NCBI RefSeq assembly: GCF_001194135.2 | Contig: NC_068982.1 | Coordinates: forward strand, 153,630,371 to 153,694,370 | DNA: 64,000 nt | DNA from: Octopus bimaculoides | Lineage: Eukaryota | Direction: 5' to 3' | Shown here: piece after piece, positions 12,689 to 25,220 of the stretch | How the letters are laid out: each line of letters begins with the position of its first letter | Numbering within the stretch: the stretch's first letter is position 1 | Notes under the pieces: model-generated | What the model was told of the DNA's origin: nothing | Databases searched by the model: none | The model's input: only the letters and a program-made list of their open reading frames with translations | Translations under genes and position numbers: made by a program

Positions 12689-13522
12689 AAGGATTTTTAA
12701 TGCAGGAAATTATATACATGTATACACGTCAAAACAGAAAAGTAAAATTGGAAGGTACCGCGCGAGGGAAAATATACAGCCAAGAGGACTTGAAAATGCA
12801 GAGGTCTTTTAAAGATGCTTACTGACTTGACTGGTTTCACTTTTTTAAAAAAATAGATTTTCTAAAGTAAAATATTATATTTACCCTGGTGACTTGGACC
12901 TCAGTAAAGATATGAGAGCGTAAGTTCAAATCGTTCGAAGGCTACTAAGTGTTTTCTATATTGAGATTCTCGTCTCGAGCTCATTTTTTAAATACTGTTA
13001 TTTATTCCAATTATTTGACAGCGGCCGGTTCTATATATGTGTGCATATATATGCGTGTGTGTGTATGTGTGTGTATGCGCACGTGCACGCACACACACAC
13101 ATTCCTCCCGCAATGAAAATTTCTCTGCTTCCCATGCGCCTTCGTGAATGACAATAATATTTCTACCTGAAGATTATTTATTCGACTAATAGCCACAAAC
13201 TAGTATCACTGAGGTTATGCTTTGTCATTGTGGAAACAGATGCGTATAGTACAAAAGTAATCAGTCTAAGTCATCTAATTCTCAAGAGAACGAACAAATG
13301 GTTATCGTTTGCCTTATTTGAACAAAACATCTGCTCCATTTAGGGCTTCTCTGGACTAATTAACACAACCAGATCATTTTCATTACCACCACCGTCATAA
13401 ATGCAGCTACAGAGACCATCGGTATTACTACCATCACCACCAGTTATAAAGCATATCTATGGCTACCCTCACAACTATATCCACTATCACCATCAGCACC
13501 ATCTTCATAAAGATAAGTAAAT

Positions 13523-13686
13523 AGGCGCAGGAGTGACAGTGTGGTAAGTAGATTGCTTACCAACCACATGGTTCCGGGTTCATTCCCACTGCGTGGCACC
13601 TTGGGTAAGTGACTTCTACTATAGCCTCGGGCCGACCAAAGCCTTGTGAGTGAATGTGATAGACGGAAACTGAAAGAAACCCGTCG

Positions 13687-13749
<63 letters not shown>

Positions 13750-13955
13750 TTGTGTCTGTGTTTGTCACCCCAACATCGTTCGACAACCGATGCTGGTGTG
13801 TTTATGGCCCCCGTAAATTAGCGGTTCGGCAAAAGAGACCGATAGAATAAGTACTAGACATCCAAAGAATAAGTCCTGGGGTCGATTTGCTGGACTAAAG
13901 GCGGTGCTCCAGCATGGCTGCAGTCAAATGACTGAAACAAGTAAAAGAGAGTAAA
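13523..13955 (+). mobile_element. tRNA-headed SINE family A, full length, with internal (TG)n
   Basis: Head AGGCGCAGGAGTGAC..GTGGTAAG, B-box-like GGGTTCATTCCC, CORE-like CCTTGGGTAAGTG, internal (TG)n, tail GAAACAAGTAAAAGAG. Several partial copies occur in the window. Confidence 0.92.
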
Positions 13956-14303
13956 CAGTATATCAATCACCACCGTATCACTACAGCCATTACTAGCACA
14001 GTAAATTCTACTATCGCTAGCACATCCACCACCATCAGTCTATACCCAAGAAAATCAACTACCACAACCACTACCTGCACGTCTGATATCACGTGTACTG
14101 AATACGACCTTCCCCGCGTAATATACTGAGGAGATACCATATATCATCTGCTAAGTTTGATGGGGTGTGTATGAAGAATTAATGATGTTGCTATACACAT
14201 TCTGTCACGATTATGGCAAAATTTATATTAACTTTACCCCAAAAGTTTCTTTATTTCCGTTTTCCATTCCATATAATATTCTGACATTTCCTCAACTCCC
14301 TCG

Positions 14304-14361
<58 letters not shown>

Positions 14362-14377
14362 TATCTCTCTCTCTCCC

Positions 14378-14411
<34 letters not shown>

Positions 14412-15043
14412 CCTCTATCCCTCTCTTACTCTCTCACTCACTCTCGTGCTATCTCTTTTTCTTCGATTTGTTTGTATTATTTTACGCACATTCTATAAAA
14501 CACTCACGCACAAACACTCGCCCACACCCACGCATATATACATATGTGTGTGCGTGTGTGCGTGTGTGTGTGTATTCCCATATACATGTATATAATGTAT
14601 GTTCGTGGATATGACGTTAACGTAAAACTGGAGCGCTTATTTTTTGTTTTCATCATTATTGTTATTAGTGTTATTTTTTTTGTTGTTTTTCTCTATATTC
14701 TAATACATTCTTTGCGTATTGGCCGTTGGGAAAAGCTATTATGACTTCCAGTTAGATATCGTCTTTCAAAAATGACATGTGATTCCAACCATAACACCAT
14801 GATAACACATTTTAAAACCGAACATTGCAAAGATATTGCTGCGTCTATGTGTCATTCTACCTTCCAGATATTGGTATCTTCAGAAGTTCTTAACTGACAC
14901 CTTGAATATATTTATAAACTCACAATAATGTGGGCAGCTATCTGTGGTTAAGCGTGCTTGTATGCATGTATTTATGAATCTATAAACTCGTATATACATA
15001 TGTACAAATATATTGCATGCAAATGCGTATCATGTCAATGCAA

Positions 15044-15082
<39 letters not shown>

Positions 15083-15766
15083 TCAAGAGCTTGTATGCGT
15101 ATGTAATGTGACTATAATCAGCCTGGAATGACTTGAGCAAAGTTACCTACTCCATATCCTCTACTTCTTCTATCACCAATAAAGCATGCAATGTATATGG
15201 CGACTGTTCCTTTCATTCAATTTATCACATATACACTTTCTATTTGGAAATATTATCGGAGCTATTTTACAGCGATTTATATTTTTATGGCAATGCATTT
15301 TATAGCAATGCACGCAGAAATAATGCACACACGCACACAGAGAACATAAACATACATATATATGCTAGACATGTATATGCATGCATATGAATACCTATAT
15401 GTGTGTGTGTGTGTGTGTGGCTTTACATTTCTACGATTGAATGAACTGTGCCAACAATTCCTATTTAGTCTATCCTAAAGAGAACACTGTTACCCGAAAA
15501 CATTCGTGGTGGACCTTGATACGAGTATTCATATCAACAAGAAAGCAAACAAAAATTCCTATACCAATGACATTAAATAACGTTCTAGCAGGATAAATTA
15601 TTAGCAGGGAAACCAAAGAAATTAGATCATATGACATAACCAGTCTATCTATATTTCAATTTTATTAAAAACCCTTTATGAAATATACAGCAGACACAGA
15701 ATATTATATCCTTAAACAAACATGTGTAGTCTCAGAATTTTTCGAAAATTAAATATTATACTGTTC

Positions 15767-15946
15767 TATATTTAAGAGATTAGGAATTATGTGCATTATT
15801 TACATTATTTACATTTGACGGATATTTGTCCTCATCTTGTTTGTTGTTAACACAACGTTTCGGCTGATAAACCCTCCAGCCTTCATCAGGTGTCATGGGG
15901 AAATTTCGAACCTGGGTTCTCATTCCTAAGGTATTTTTTGATGTCG
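15767..15946 (-). mobile_element. Penelope-like pseudo-LTR, inverted copy
   Basis: Reverse complement of 16619-16766. Contains a hammerhead motif and abuts a (TTA)n/(AGT)n/(GTT)n array leading into a GIY-YIG fragment. Confidence 0.85.
15849..15894 (-). ncRNA. minimal type-I hammerhead ribozyme (apparently intact)
   Basis: Minus strand reads GACAC-CTGATGA-A-GGCTG-gagggtttat-CAGCC-GAAAC-GTT/GTGTT. Stem I GACAC:GTGTT, stem II 5 bp, palindromic stem III AACGTT, predicted cut after GUU (between 15854 and 15853). Confidence 0.8.
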
Positions 15947-16107
<161 letters not shown>

Positions 16108-16491
16108 CGCAAATATCTCATTCGGGTAAAACCACCAATAGAAGAGAATATGACCAAAAACTGCGTGTACTCCATCCCATGCAGCTGTGGTAGGTTATAC
16201 AAAGACGAAACATGTCGCCTTCTCACAATAAGTGTGGAGGAACTTCGCAAAGCTGTGACACGAGGAGATATTGGTAAATCGGGTATAGCTCATCATGTAT
16301 GGAAAAATGGAGACCACCTTCCCCTGTGGGATGAAGTGAAAATAATAGACAGAGAACACCACTGGAAAATACGAAAAGTAGAAGCAGCACATATGCTAGG
16401 AGACAACAACCTCCTAAGCAGACCGAGTGCAGATATGAATAGCATGTGGGAACCGGTTTTGAGGAAGGATAGGAAAGTATTAGATTTATAA
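16108..16491 (+). pseudogene. Penelope-like GIY-YIG endonuclease C-terminal fragment
   Basis: NCVYSIPCSCGRLYKDETCRLL.ISVEELRK...KSGIAHHVW...WDEVKIIDREHHWKIRKVEAAH...LLSRPS. The CxC/YxG motif is present, but the YxG glycine and the RxxEH residues are mutated. Confidence 0.9.
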
Positions 16492-16520
16492 GCCCTAAAA
16501 TTCACTCCATAATTGCCCAT

Positions 16521-16590
16521 GGGCATATGGCGTAGTGGTTAAGAGCGCAGGCTACTATTTAGAGTTCGATTCCATTCCAGACAGTGACCT
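16521..16590 (+). promoter_or_regulatory. tRNA-like Pol III internal promoter (A box and B box)
   Basis: A box TGGCGTAGTGG (16528-16538), B box GAGTTCGATTCC (16562-16573). The spacing is short and there is no complete cloverleaf. Confidence 0.7.
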
Positions 16591-16618
16591 GAATAATGAT
16601 ATTAATAATAATAATAAT

Positions 16619-16766
16619 AACATCGAAAAAAATACTTTAGGAATGAGAACCCAGGTTCGAAATTTTCCCAAGTCACCTGATGAAGGTTGGAGGGTATATC
16701 AGCCGAAACGCTGTGTTAACAACAAACAAAATGAGGACAAATATCCGTCAAATGTAAATAATGCAT
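16619..16766 (+). mobile_element. Penelope-like pseudo-LTR, direct copy, with mutated hammerhead (16672-16717)
   Basis: GTCAC-CTGATGA-A-GGTTG-gagggtatat-CAGCC-GAAAC-GCT-GTGTT. U16.1 is changed to C (16711). Confidence 0.85.
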
Positions 16767-17829
16767 TAGATATTATTATACTATTGTTACATTGAAGAAA
16801 TATCATTCTCCAGTATTGAATATGTATTGAAATATAATGCTAATGATTGCAGTGGAATGAGTTTTTTTGCAATAAAGCATTTAGTTTGAATGAAAATTGA
16901 TCTAGTTTAATATTTAACATGCTAAAGCAAAATTCACATATTTCAGCTTCATCAGAATTTATTATATACTCGGCTTTGATTTTAGATAGATGATTCTTTT
17001 AAAAATTAATTTAAAACAATATATAATCAAAACTACTCCTCAAATGATAGCGGAATAATTACGACAAGCTTCAAAATTATTACACTATATGCATGGAATC
17101 ATTACTAAATACCATTAATAACGTACCTAAGTTAATAAGGAAAGGTTTATTAAACTTTAAATGCTTTCAAGTTGTTTAATATCGAATCTCGATTAACAGT
17201 TATGACTGAAGACAAATTTATTGTGTTCATCATTCATTGTATGTCAATAAATTATTTTATTTAAGCAGGTTTTATTTTCAATAGCTTGGAATCGTTGAAA
17301 ATAAGTGCATCTATAAATTTTAAAAATCCAACGTTTACATTATAGGTAAAACCCCATATACATTTATATATTATTTAAGGTGAGTAAAAGGAGAACTCAC
17401 ACTCTATCATAACGACTTGTGCATGATAAAATATTTATATAATAAAAAGTATTACTACGCACATTTTTTAGTCTATTGCAGTTTTGTGATATTCTATAAC
17501 ACTAATACAAATGGACTTAATTAAATAAGCATAAACTTATCAAATTACAATCGATGAAAGCAACCGCATATACTGTATGTAGCAGCTACCGTTCCACGAA
17601 ATAAGCAACCCTCAAGAAATATAAATATTAACAGACTTTTCCATGTTGTTTTCCCAAAAGATTTACATTTACTGTATGTTCTGTCTACCAAAACAATGCT
17701 AGTGGATTCAGACTTAACGAAAGGATTCAGATGACGTACGCAGTAAATTGGATATACATATGTGCGTGTGTGTGTGTGCATACATGCAGACACACGCACA
17801 CATAACTCTATATAACACACGTACGTATA

Positions 17830-17907
<78 letters not shown>

Positions 17908-18309
17908 CACACACACACGCACGCACGCGCGTTTATGAATTTGAGTTGCAAGAATCCTTATGTGAAATCGTGTACTGAAACGGATAGTATTTTATTTCAG
18001 GATGCTCATTGTTTTCCTAAATAAATACACGCACTATATATTTGGGTTTCACTCGTTTATTACTGTTCTTATTCTAACTCACGACCATTTCCTGGGCCTC
18101 TTTGGTCACACGTTCGTGACCTCTTCAGTGACACTTTTCGTTTTCGTGTGTTCTTTTGATCCACTTATGCTGTGTGCAGTCTCTCCGCTGTAAGTTGTTG
18201 TCAAATTCCTGCACCGTCCCTCGGTACATCGTAAGCTATATTCCTAAACTTGCAGTTAACCTATGGGTTTATCCTACATGAAACACAATTGTTCTCCGTA
18301 CATGGGGAC

Positions 18310-19070
18310 TTATCGTTGACGCTAAATTCGTGAATCTAAACCACCAAATACTTGTGCTGCCCTTTGAATTCGCAGATATATTTCTGTGTCCAGTTTTCCA
18401 TTATTTTGTACGGAGCTTCCAAGGTAGATGAAAGAATCAACAACCTCAAGTAACTTACCCATAACAAAAATTTTAGTGGGGCTGCAAACAGCACCACATG
18501 CAGGTTGATACATTACAACTGTTTTTTTTTTTCAAGTTGATGGTCAAGCAAACATCACAAGCTGAGTCAAATGCAGATACAAGAGATTGCAGACTTGTTT
18601 CAGAATGACTGACTAGATCGTCAGCGTATTAGAGTTCCCTAATGAGGTGAAGTAAAAACCTCCGTTTTGAATTTCAGTCTGGTCAGATTAAAAACAGACA
18701 CTGTTGTTCCATATTCTTTGTAATATCCTCCTTGGAGTCTTGAAAAGCGTGTAGCAGTACAACAGCAAAGTATATTGCAAAGAGGGTGGGTGCATCAAGG
18801 TCTCCTAGCGTTACTCCATTTTCCACGACAAAGGATTCAGAGAACCTACCACCAAAATTAACTCTTGCTTTCATATCTTGATGCAAAGCCATGATCATGT
18901 TTATAAATTTTTCTGGGCAATCTATTTTCCTTAGAATCAACGACAGAAGATTTCGATTAACAGTATTGAATGCTTTGTTCAAATCAACACAGAAATGGTA
19001 TAGGGCAAGATTCTGTTCAACGCACTTTTCCTGTAATTGTCTGATAGTAAAGATACAATCAACTGTGTCT
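18310..19070 (-). mobile_element. RTE-clade LINE reverse-transcriptase fragment
   Basis: RDTVDCIFTIRQLQEKCVEQ...VDLNKAFNTVNR...GVTLGDLDAPTLF, YADD near 18613-18630, FIYLGS...EIYLRIQRAA. Contains stops and frameshifts. Confidence 0.92.
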
Positions 19071-19104
19071 CTGTATGTATGTATGTATGTATGTACGTAT
19101 ATGA

Positions 19105-19265
19105 ACAAGACGCATTCGCGTTGCAGGTTTATCCATTTGCAGCTGAATGGATTGGAGCAGCGTGGAATGAAGTGTTTTGCTCAAGAATAACGCACCACCG
19201 GTCTGAGAAACGAAATCACGATCTTGGGGTTCTGAGTGCAACAGCCTAACCACTAGATCATGAAC
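19105..19265 (-). mobile_element. tRNA-headed SINE 5' portion (family C-like)
   Basis: Minus strand has CTAGTGGTTAGG (A box), GATTTCGTTTCTC (B-like), TTGAGCAAAACACTTCATTCCAC.CTGCTCCAATCCA core domain. Confidence 0.7.
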
Positions 19266-19267
19266 AT

Positions 19268-19306
<39 letters not shown>

Positions 19307-19350
19307 CAAACACAGATATAAGGAGATAGATAAATAGATAGACAGATAGG

Positions 19351-19411
<61 letters not shown>

Positions 19412-19440
19412 GGATGGATAGATAAATAGATAGATAGATA

Positions 19441-20128
19441 CATTTCTTTTATTAGCCACACAGGGCTCAACGAAGATGGGACAAATACAATGTAGANNNN
19501 NNNNNNNNNNNNNNNNNNNNNNNNNNNNNNNNNNNNNNNNNNNNNNNNNNNNNNNNNNNNNNNNNNNNNNNNNNNNNNNNNNNNNNNNNNNNNNNNNNNN
19601 NNNNNNNNNNNNNNNNNNNNNNNNNNNNNNNNNNNNNNNNNNNNNNNNNNNNNNNNNNNNNNNNNNNNNNNNNNNNNNNNNNNNNNNNNNNNNNNNNNNN
19701 NNNNNNNNNNNNNNNNNNNNNNNNNNNNNNNNNNNNNNNNNNNNNNNNNNNNNNNNNNNNNNNNNNNNNNNNNNNNNNNNNNNNNNNNNNNNNNNNNNNN
19801 NNNNNNNNNNNNNNNNNNNNNNNNNNNNNNNNNNNNNNNNNNNNNNNNNNNNNNNNNNNNNNNNNNNNNNNNNNNNNNNNNNNNNNNNNNNNNNNNNNNN
19901 NNNNNNNNNNNNNNNNNNNNNNNNNNNNNNNNNNNNNNNNNNNNNNNNNNNNNNNNNNNNNNNNNNNNNNNNNNNNNNNNNNNNNNNNNNNNNNNNNNNN
20001 NNNNNNNNNNNNNNNNNNNNNNNNNNNNNNNNNNNNNNNNNNNNNNNNAAGTACGATGAAAATAGCTCTTCCTTCCCGTTTAAAGGAAGGAGGCGCGACA
20101 ATATTCACGATAGACTCGGCTGATAGAC
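19441..20128 (-). mobile_element. non-LTR retrotransposon 3' fragment (Tx1/L1-like) embedded in a (GATA)n array, mostly gap
   Basis: Flanked on both sides by (GATA)n (19317-19440 and 20129-20358). The end TTTCTTTTATTAGCCACACAGGG looks like a LINE 3' end. Minus frame reads [26 protein letters not shown]. The clade assignment is from recall only. Confidence 0.5.
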
Positions 20129-20159
20129 CTAGATAGATAGATAGATAGATAGATAGATG

Positions 20160-20194
<35 letters not shown>

Positions 20195-20195
20195 G

Positions 20196-20262
<67 letters not shown>

Positions 20263-20263
20263 G

Positions 20264-20354
<91 letters not shown>

Positions 20355-21211
20355 GGATAATGACATCATTATTGGTTTCCTCTCATGATACAGATATATA
20401 ACGTCCGTTATAATAAATGTAAATATTGGGATAAAATTAAAATTTTATTAATCGAGGGAGACGCTGTTTTCTGTTCAGTTGTACTAAGTAGACTAAAATT
20501 TATTGAAGCATCTATTCGCACCAATAACCGCAAATACTAATCCAGTAAATGGGTATTTTCTAATAGTATTCCATTAAATTATTAAATTTATATTCTTTGT
20601 ATTAAATTTATTGTCATTGTAATAATAAATTCGCAACTAACTCGGTGATTGTTGTGTAGAGTAAATATAAATAGTAGGGACCTTATGCCATTTATTTATA
20701 TTATATTTTACCATTCTCACTAAATTAGACGTTCCTATTTACGATAATGTAAAAAAGTAAGTTATTTTTACCGAGTAATTCTATTTATCATATATCAATG
20801 GACGGCAAATTCTATCATAGCTTACCTATATGGTTAAATTGCAAATATATATTATATATAATTTCTCTCATATCACTATTAACTAAACATTACTTGTAGA
20901 AATTAACAATTAAATATAAAGTTCAATATTTTACACATAACAGTTATAACAAATACGAATAAACAAATGAATAAATAAATATATATATATATATGAACAA
21001 ATAAGAATATATACAAGTAACAACGTTTATACATATATATATATATATATATGAACAAATAATAATATAAACAAGTAACAACGTTTATACACACACTTAT
21101 ATATATAATATATAATATATATATATATATAATTAACATAAGATGGTAAAAATTTGATATTAATTAATATCAATTTAATACCAGGAAACTAGCACATTAA
21201 AAGAATCAGAA

Positions 21212-21331
21212 GGTTCACGAAAAAATATTTTTGGAGATCCTAAAAAGATTATAGTACTTGTGTATATAAGATTGACCAGTGACCGGTCTGTCAATATGCT
21301 AGAAGAAGCTCAAAATATTTTTTCATGAACC
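21212..21331. mobile_element. small MITE-like element with ~21-bp terminal inverted repeats
   Basis: GGTTCACGAAAAAATATTTTTG ... CAAAATATTTTTTCATGAACC, followed by (TA)n. Internal hairpin ATTGAC...GTCAAT. Confidence 0.5.
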
Positions 21332-21385
<54 letters not shown>

Positions 21386-21461
21386 TATACATATTATATA
21401 TAATATTTATACGACTTTTATGCTCGTGGCCACGAACGTTATTTTAAGAAATATCGTTTTG

Positions 21462-21504
<43 letters not shown>

Positions 21505-21764
21505 ACATATATATTTATAACGCATAAAAATCAGGTTGAGTCTTGCTTGCTTGTAATGTTACTCAGGCAAACTGGCACATAATGAGAAAATACGATGAGT
21601 TAAGCCCCCGTCCCACCTGAAATGTAAATAGGAGCGAAATGAAATAAATTTCGCGTGAATTGGATAAGTAGTTGTGAAGATATTAAGGGTTTTCGGTGTA
21701 TGAATACTCAAAACGGTGCAGAATGGGAAAAGACTCCAAAATTAACTTTTCCTGGATACAATAT

Positions 21765-22370
21765 ACAGATGGGCTGAGAATAATAAGATTCAGCTCAAAG
21801 ACCTGTGCTGCCAGGAGACAAAGCTTACTGGAATGAAGACAGGATGCACAGTCACAGGAGAGATTACAAACCTTGAATCAAAACCAGTGTGTGACCTGAG
21901 CTTTGACATGAGTAATGATGTACTTTTCAAGGTGAAAATTACTAAGTTGGCAATAAAATGCAGACAGATGGCCAGATGGATCAACGGAACTTTCAGAACC
22001 AGAGAAAAGGAAACCATAATGGTCCGATGGAGGAAATATGTCCTCAGCCACTTAGACTACTCTCGACTGTGGTCACCATAAAATACAAAATTAACTGCAG
22101 ACCTGAATGAATCCAGCGAAGCTACACTGAGATTATTTCAATGCAACGTGTCAGCTACTCTGAAAGGCTGAAAGAGTCAAAACTGCACCCTAGAACGAAG
22201 GCGAGAAAGACATGCAGTGACATAAATCTAGAAAATCCTAGTATCAAACTTCGGTTTTGAAAGTTACACAAACAGTAGAACGGAACACCATTGCATAATG
22301 CCAAAGATCCCAATGTCGACATCAAGATTTTGCAACAACATGGATTTCAAAGGCTCGCAGTACTTCAATA
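21765..22370 (+). mobile_element. degraded CR1-group LINE fragment, same family as 2-778
   Basis: WAENN..., VCDLSFDMSNDVLFKVKITKLAIKCRQMARWINGTFRTREKETIMVRWRKYVLSHLDYSRLWSP, LERRRERH. Colinear with 422-778. Confidence 0.85.
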
Positions 22371-22579
22371 TCTTGTATTTTTCAAATAAATTTTTTTTTT
22401 TTCTGATATGAATTATCTAATTATTAATCACTTCCTAGAAAATTTATTGTAAATAATAAGCGTAACTTAAAGTATATCCAGTAAAAATCAAATGCAGAAA
22501 CATGAAGTTGAGATGTAAATATCTTTATTTTTTATTTACGTTCTCTACTGAACACTAAGGTATGAATGTATATACATAC

Positions 22580-22641
<62 letters not shown>

Positions 22642-22694
22642 NNNNNNNNNNTGTGTGTGTCATGTGTGTGTGTGTGTCATGCGTGTGTGTGTGT

Positions 22695-22731
<37 letters not shown>

Positions 22732-23385
22732 AATAAAATGAGACAACAAAGCCAATGCTGTGTGGAATTTATAGGACATTGATAAAGAGAAACGTAGTCT
22801 TACAGTAAGGTAGTCTTATATTCTTTCCTCACATTTTAATCTCTTCCTTATATCTCTCCCTCTATTCCTTTTATCTTGATAGCCCTTCTCTCCCATCCCC
22901 TCACAATATTTTGACCACTATCTAGCACTCCTTATTTTTCATTCTTTCTTCCTTTTCTCTCTTCTTTCCTCCCCTAATTATTTTGACTATTACCATTCTC
23001 CTCCTAACACATGTATCTCTTCTCTTCTCTCTATCTACTTACCCCTACCAGAACGTTCTCAAAATTTAATTCACACCACAAGACCCTTTTGAATTAACAG
23101 CACATGGGATTTATGTCTCCACACTATCCATTTGTAATAACAAAATATTAACTCCTATCGGAATACCATGAACAAGGAGCATCTCTACCCATACACACCA
23201 TGGACAAGAAGCATATCTACCCATACGCAGCACTTACCTTGGATAACGGAATTGCAACTGTAACATCCGACATATATTTTTATTCTTATTCTCTTATTTT
23301 CCTTTATAATTCCTACATTCATCCTTTTCCAAAATAACTCCTTATATTGAAGTCTATTATTTCCCTCCAGTTAACTCTCTCATAT

Positions 23386-23435
23386 AATCTCTGATGAAGG
23401 GATATCCTTAATATTCCAGAAACAGCTGTAAGACT
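23386..23435 (+). ncRNA. minimal type-I hammerhead ribozyme motif
   Basis: AATCT-CTGATGA-A-GGGATAT-cctta-ATATTCC-A-GAAAC-AGCT-GTA/AGACT. Palindrome ACAGCTGT, 7-bp stem II, stem I TCT:AGA, predicted cut after 23430. Confidence 0.7.
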
Positions 23436-24045
23436 ACTGTTCTCTTTATAAATGTTCTGTAAGTTTCACACTGCTTTGGCTTTGTTGTCTCATTTTATTT
23501 AACATATACATGTTCACACAAACCCCGCATTAGACTCCTCACTCGTATTATCGAACCAAGAGTCTCACTCCGGTACTCCCGTAGCACTTGCATAGCCTTA
23601 CATACCATCTTGGGTCTTCTGGATATTAATACCCATATATATATATGTTTATATACAGAGAGAGAGAGAGGGGGGGGAGAGACAGACAGACAGTGAGACA
23701 GAGAGACAGAGAGAGATTGTCTATATTGTTATCTAATTACATGCTGAGTATGTAAATTTAAAACGAAAATGTATAATATACAACGTTTTAATACCTCAGT
23801 TATGATTAATAACTATATTTACTATAAACCATAAATTAAGTCTAATTATCCGTCTTTTATTGTACCACCGTACCTTAGCCTTTGCCTTTAGAAGGTATTA
23901 AACACTTAGAACAAACAATACCAGTTATTATAAGTCAGTAGAAGAGATCATATTTTAATCAATTATACATGTTCAGAACTTATATTATCAGACTTGTACG
24001 GAAATGTTGTTGTGGGCTATGCGTATTTCAATATTACTAAGGCGG

Positions 24046-24700
24046 AAGGCGGCGAGCTGGCAGAAAGGTTAGCACGCCGGGCGAAATGCTTAGTGGTACT
24101 TCGTCTGCCGCTACGTTCTGAGTTCAAATTCCGCCGAGGTGGACTTTGCTTCTCATCCTTTCGGGGTCGATTAAATAAGTACCAGTTATGCACTAGGGTC
24201 AATATAATCGACTGACTTAATCCCTTTGTCTGTCTTTGTTTGTCCCCTCTGTATCTAGCCCTTTGTTGGCAGTAAAAACATAAGAAACGTTAGCGCGCCG
24301 GGCGAAATGCTTAGCGGTATTTCTTCTGCCGTCATGTTCTGAGTTCAAATTCCGCTGAGGTCGACTTTGCCCTTCATCCTTTCGGGTTTGATAAATTAAG
24401 TATCAGTTACGCACTGGGGTCGATGTAATCGACTCAACTCCTTTGTCTGTCCTTGTTTGTCCCCTCTATGTTTAGCCCCTTGTGGGCAATAACGAAATAA
24501 GAAACGTTAACACGCCGGGCGAAATGCTTAGCGGTATTTCATCTGTCTTTACGTTCTGAGTTCAAATTCCGCCGAAGTCGACTTTGCCTTTCATCCTTTT
24601 GGGGTCAATAAATTAAGTACTAGTTGCGTACTGGAGTCGATCTAATCGACTAGCCCTCTCCCACAAAATTTAGTGACTTGTGCCAAGAGTAGAAAAGACT
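24046..24700 (+). mobile_element. SINE family D with three tandem ~220-bp units
   Basis: Single head AAGGCGGCGAGCTGGC. Units begin AGAAA(C/G)GTTA at 24062, 24283 and 24500, each with GAGTTCAAATTCC (B box). The last unit has a different 3' end. Confidence 0.9.
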
Positions 24701-25157
24701 ATATTGTCTAATATAAGTATTAGCGTTTTTCAGCTTTCGTAAATATTCGGCAAATGCAAGTGTTTAAAGCAATATATAAAGCAATGTGTATGCTTGTGGC
24801 ACCCAAGTTTATGATACTAATATTTACGCTGACGCATGCTTTATATATCACATTAATATTAATTAGATGTATATCTCTATAAATAATTTCTTTAATTAAC
24901 CAATTAAAGTTATCAAAAACACATATAAGATTTGAATTAATAGGAAAATTACATGTATTTTTATTGCTGATTACATAATATAATTAAGCTAAATGTAGCA
25001 ATGAGCTATATAGAGAGCGATAGCAGAATAGTTTAAAAGATTTCTACCTAGTATTCTGAAGTATCTATGTTGTGGAAAATATAATTGCTTAAGAAATTTA
25101 TTTTGACGACATTTTTCCTCACCAGTTGCGATTGTTGCTAAGTTTCACAGTCAAATA

Positions 25158-25220
25158 TCTTTTATCTTTTATCTTGTACTTGTTTTAGTCATTAGACTGC
25201 AGCTATGCTGGGGCACCGCG
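25158..25220 (-). mobile_element. SINE family A 3' tip
   Basis: TACTTGTTTTAGTCATTAGACTGCAGCTATGCTGGGGCACCGC matches the family A tail. Confidence 0.7.

Noticed and set aside
24046-24700. CRISPR-like array
   Set aside because: These are ~220-bp homologous SINE units without unique spacers, in a eukaryotic context.
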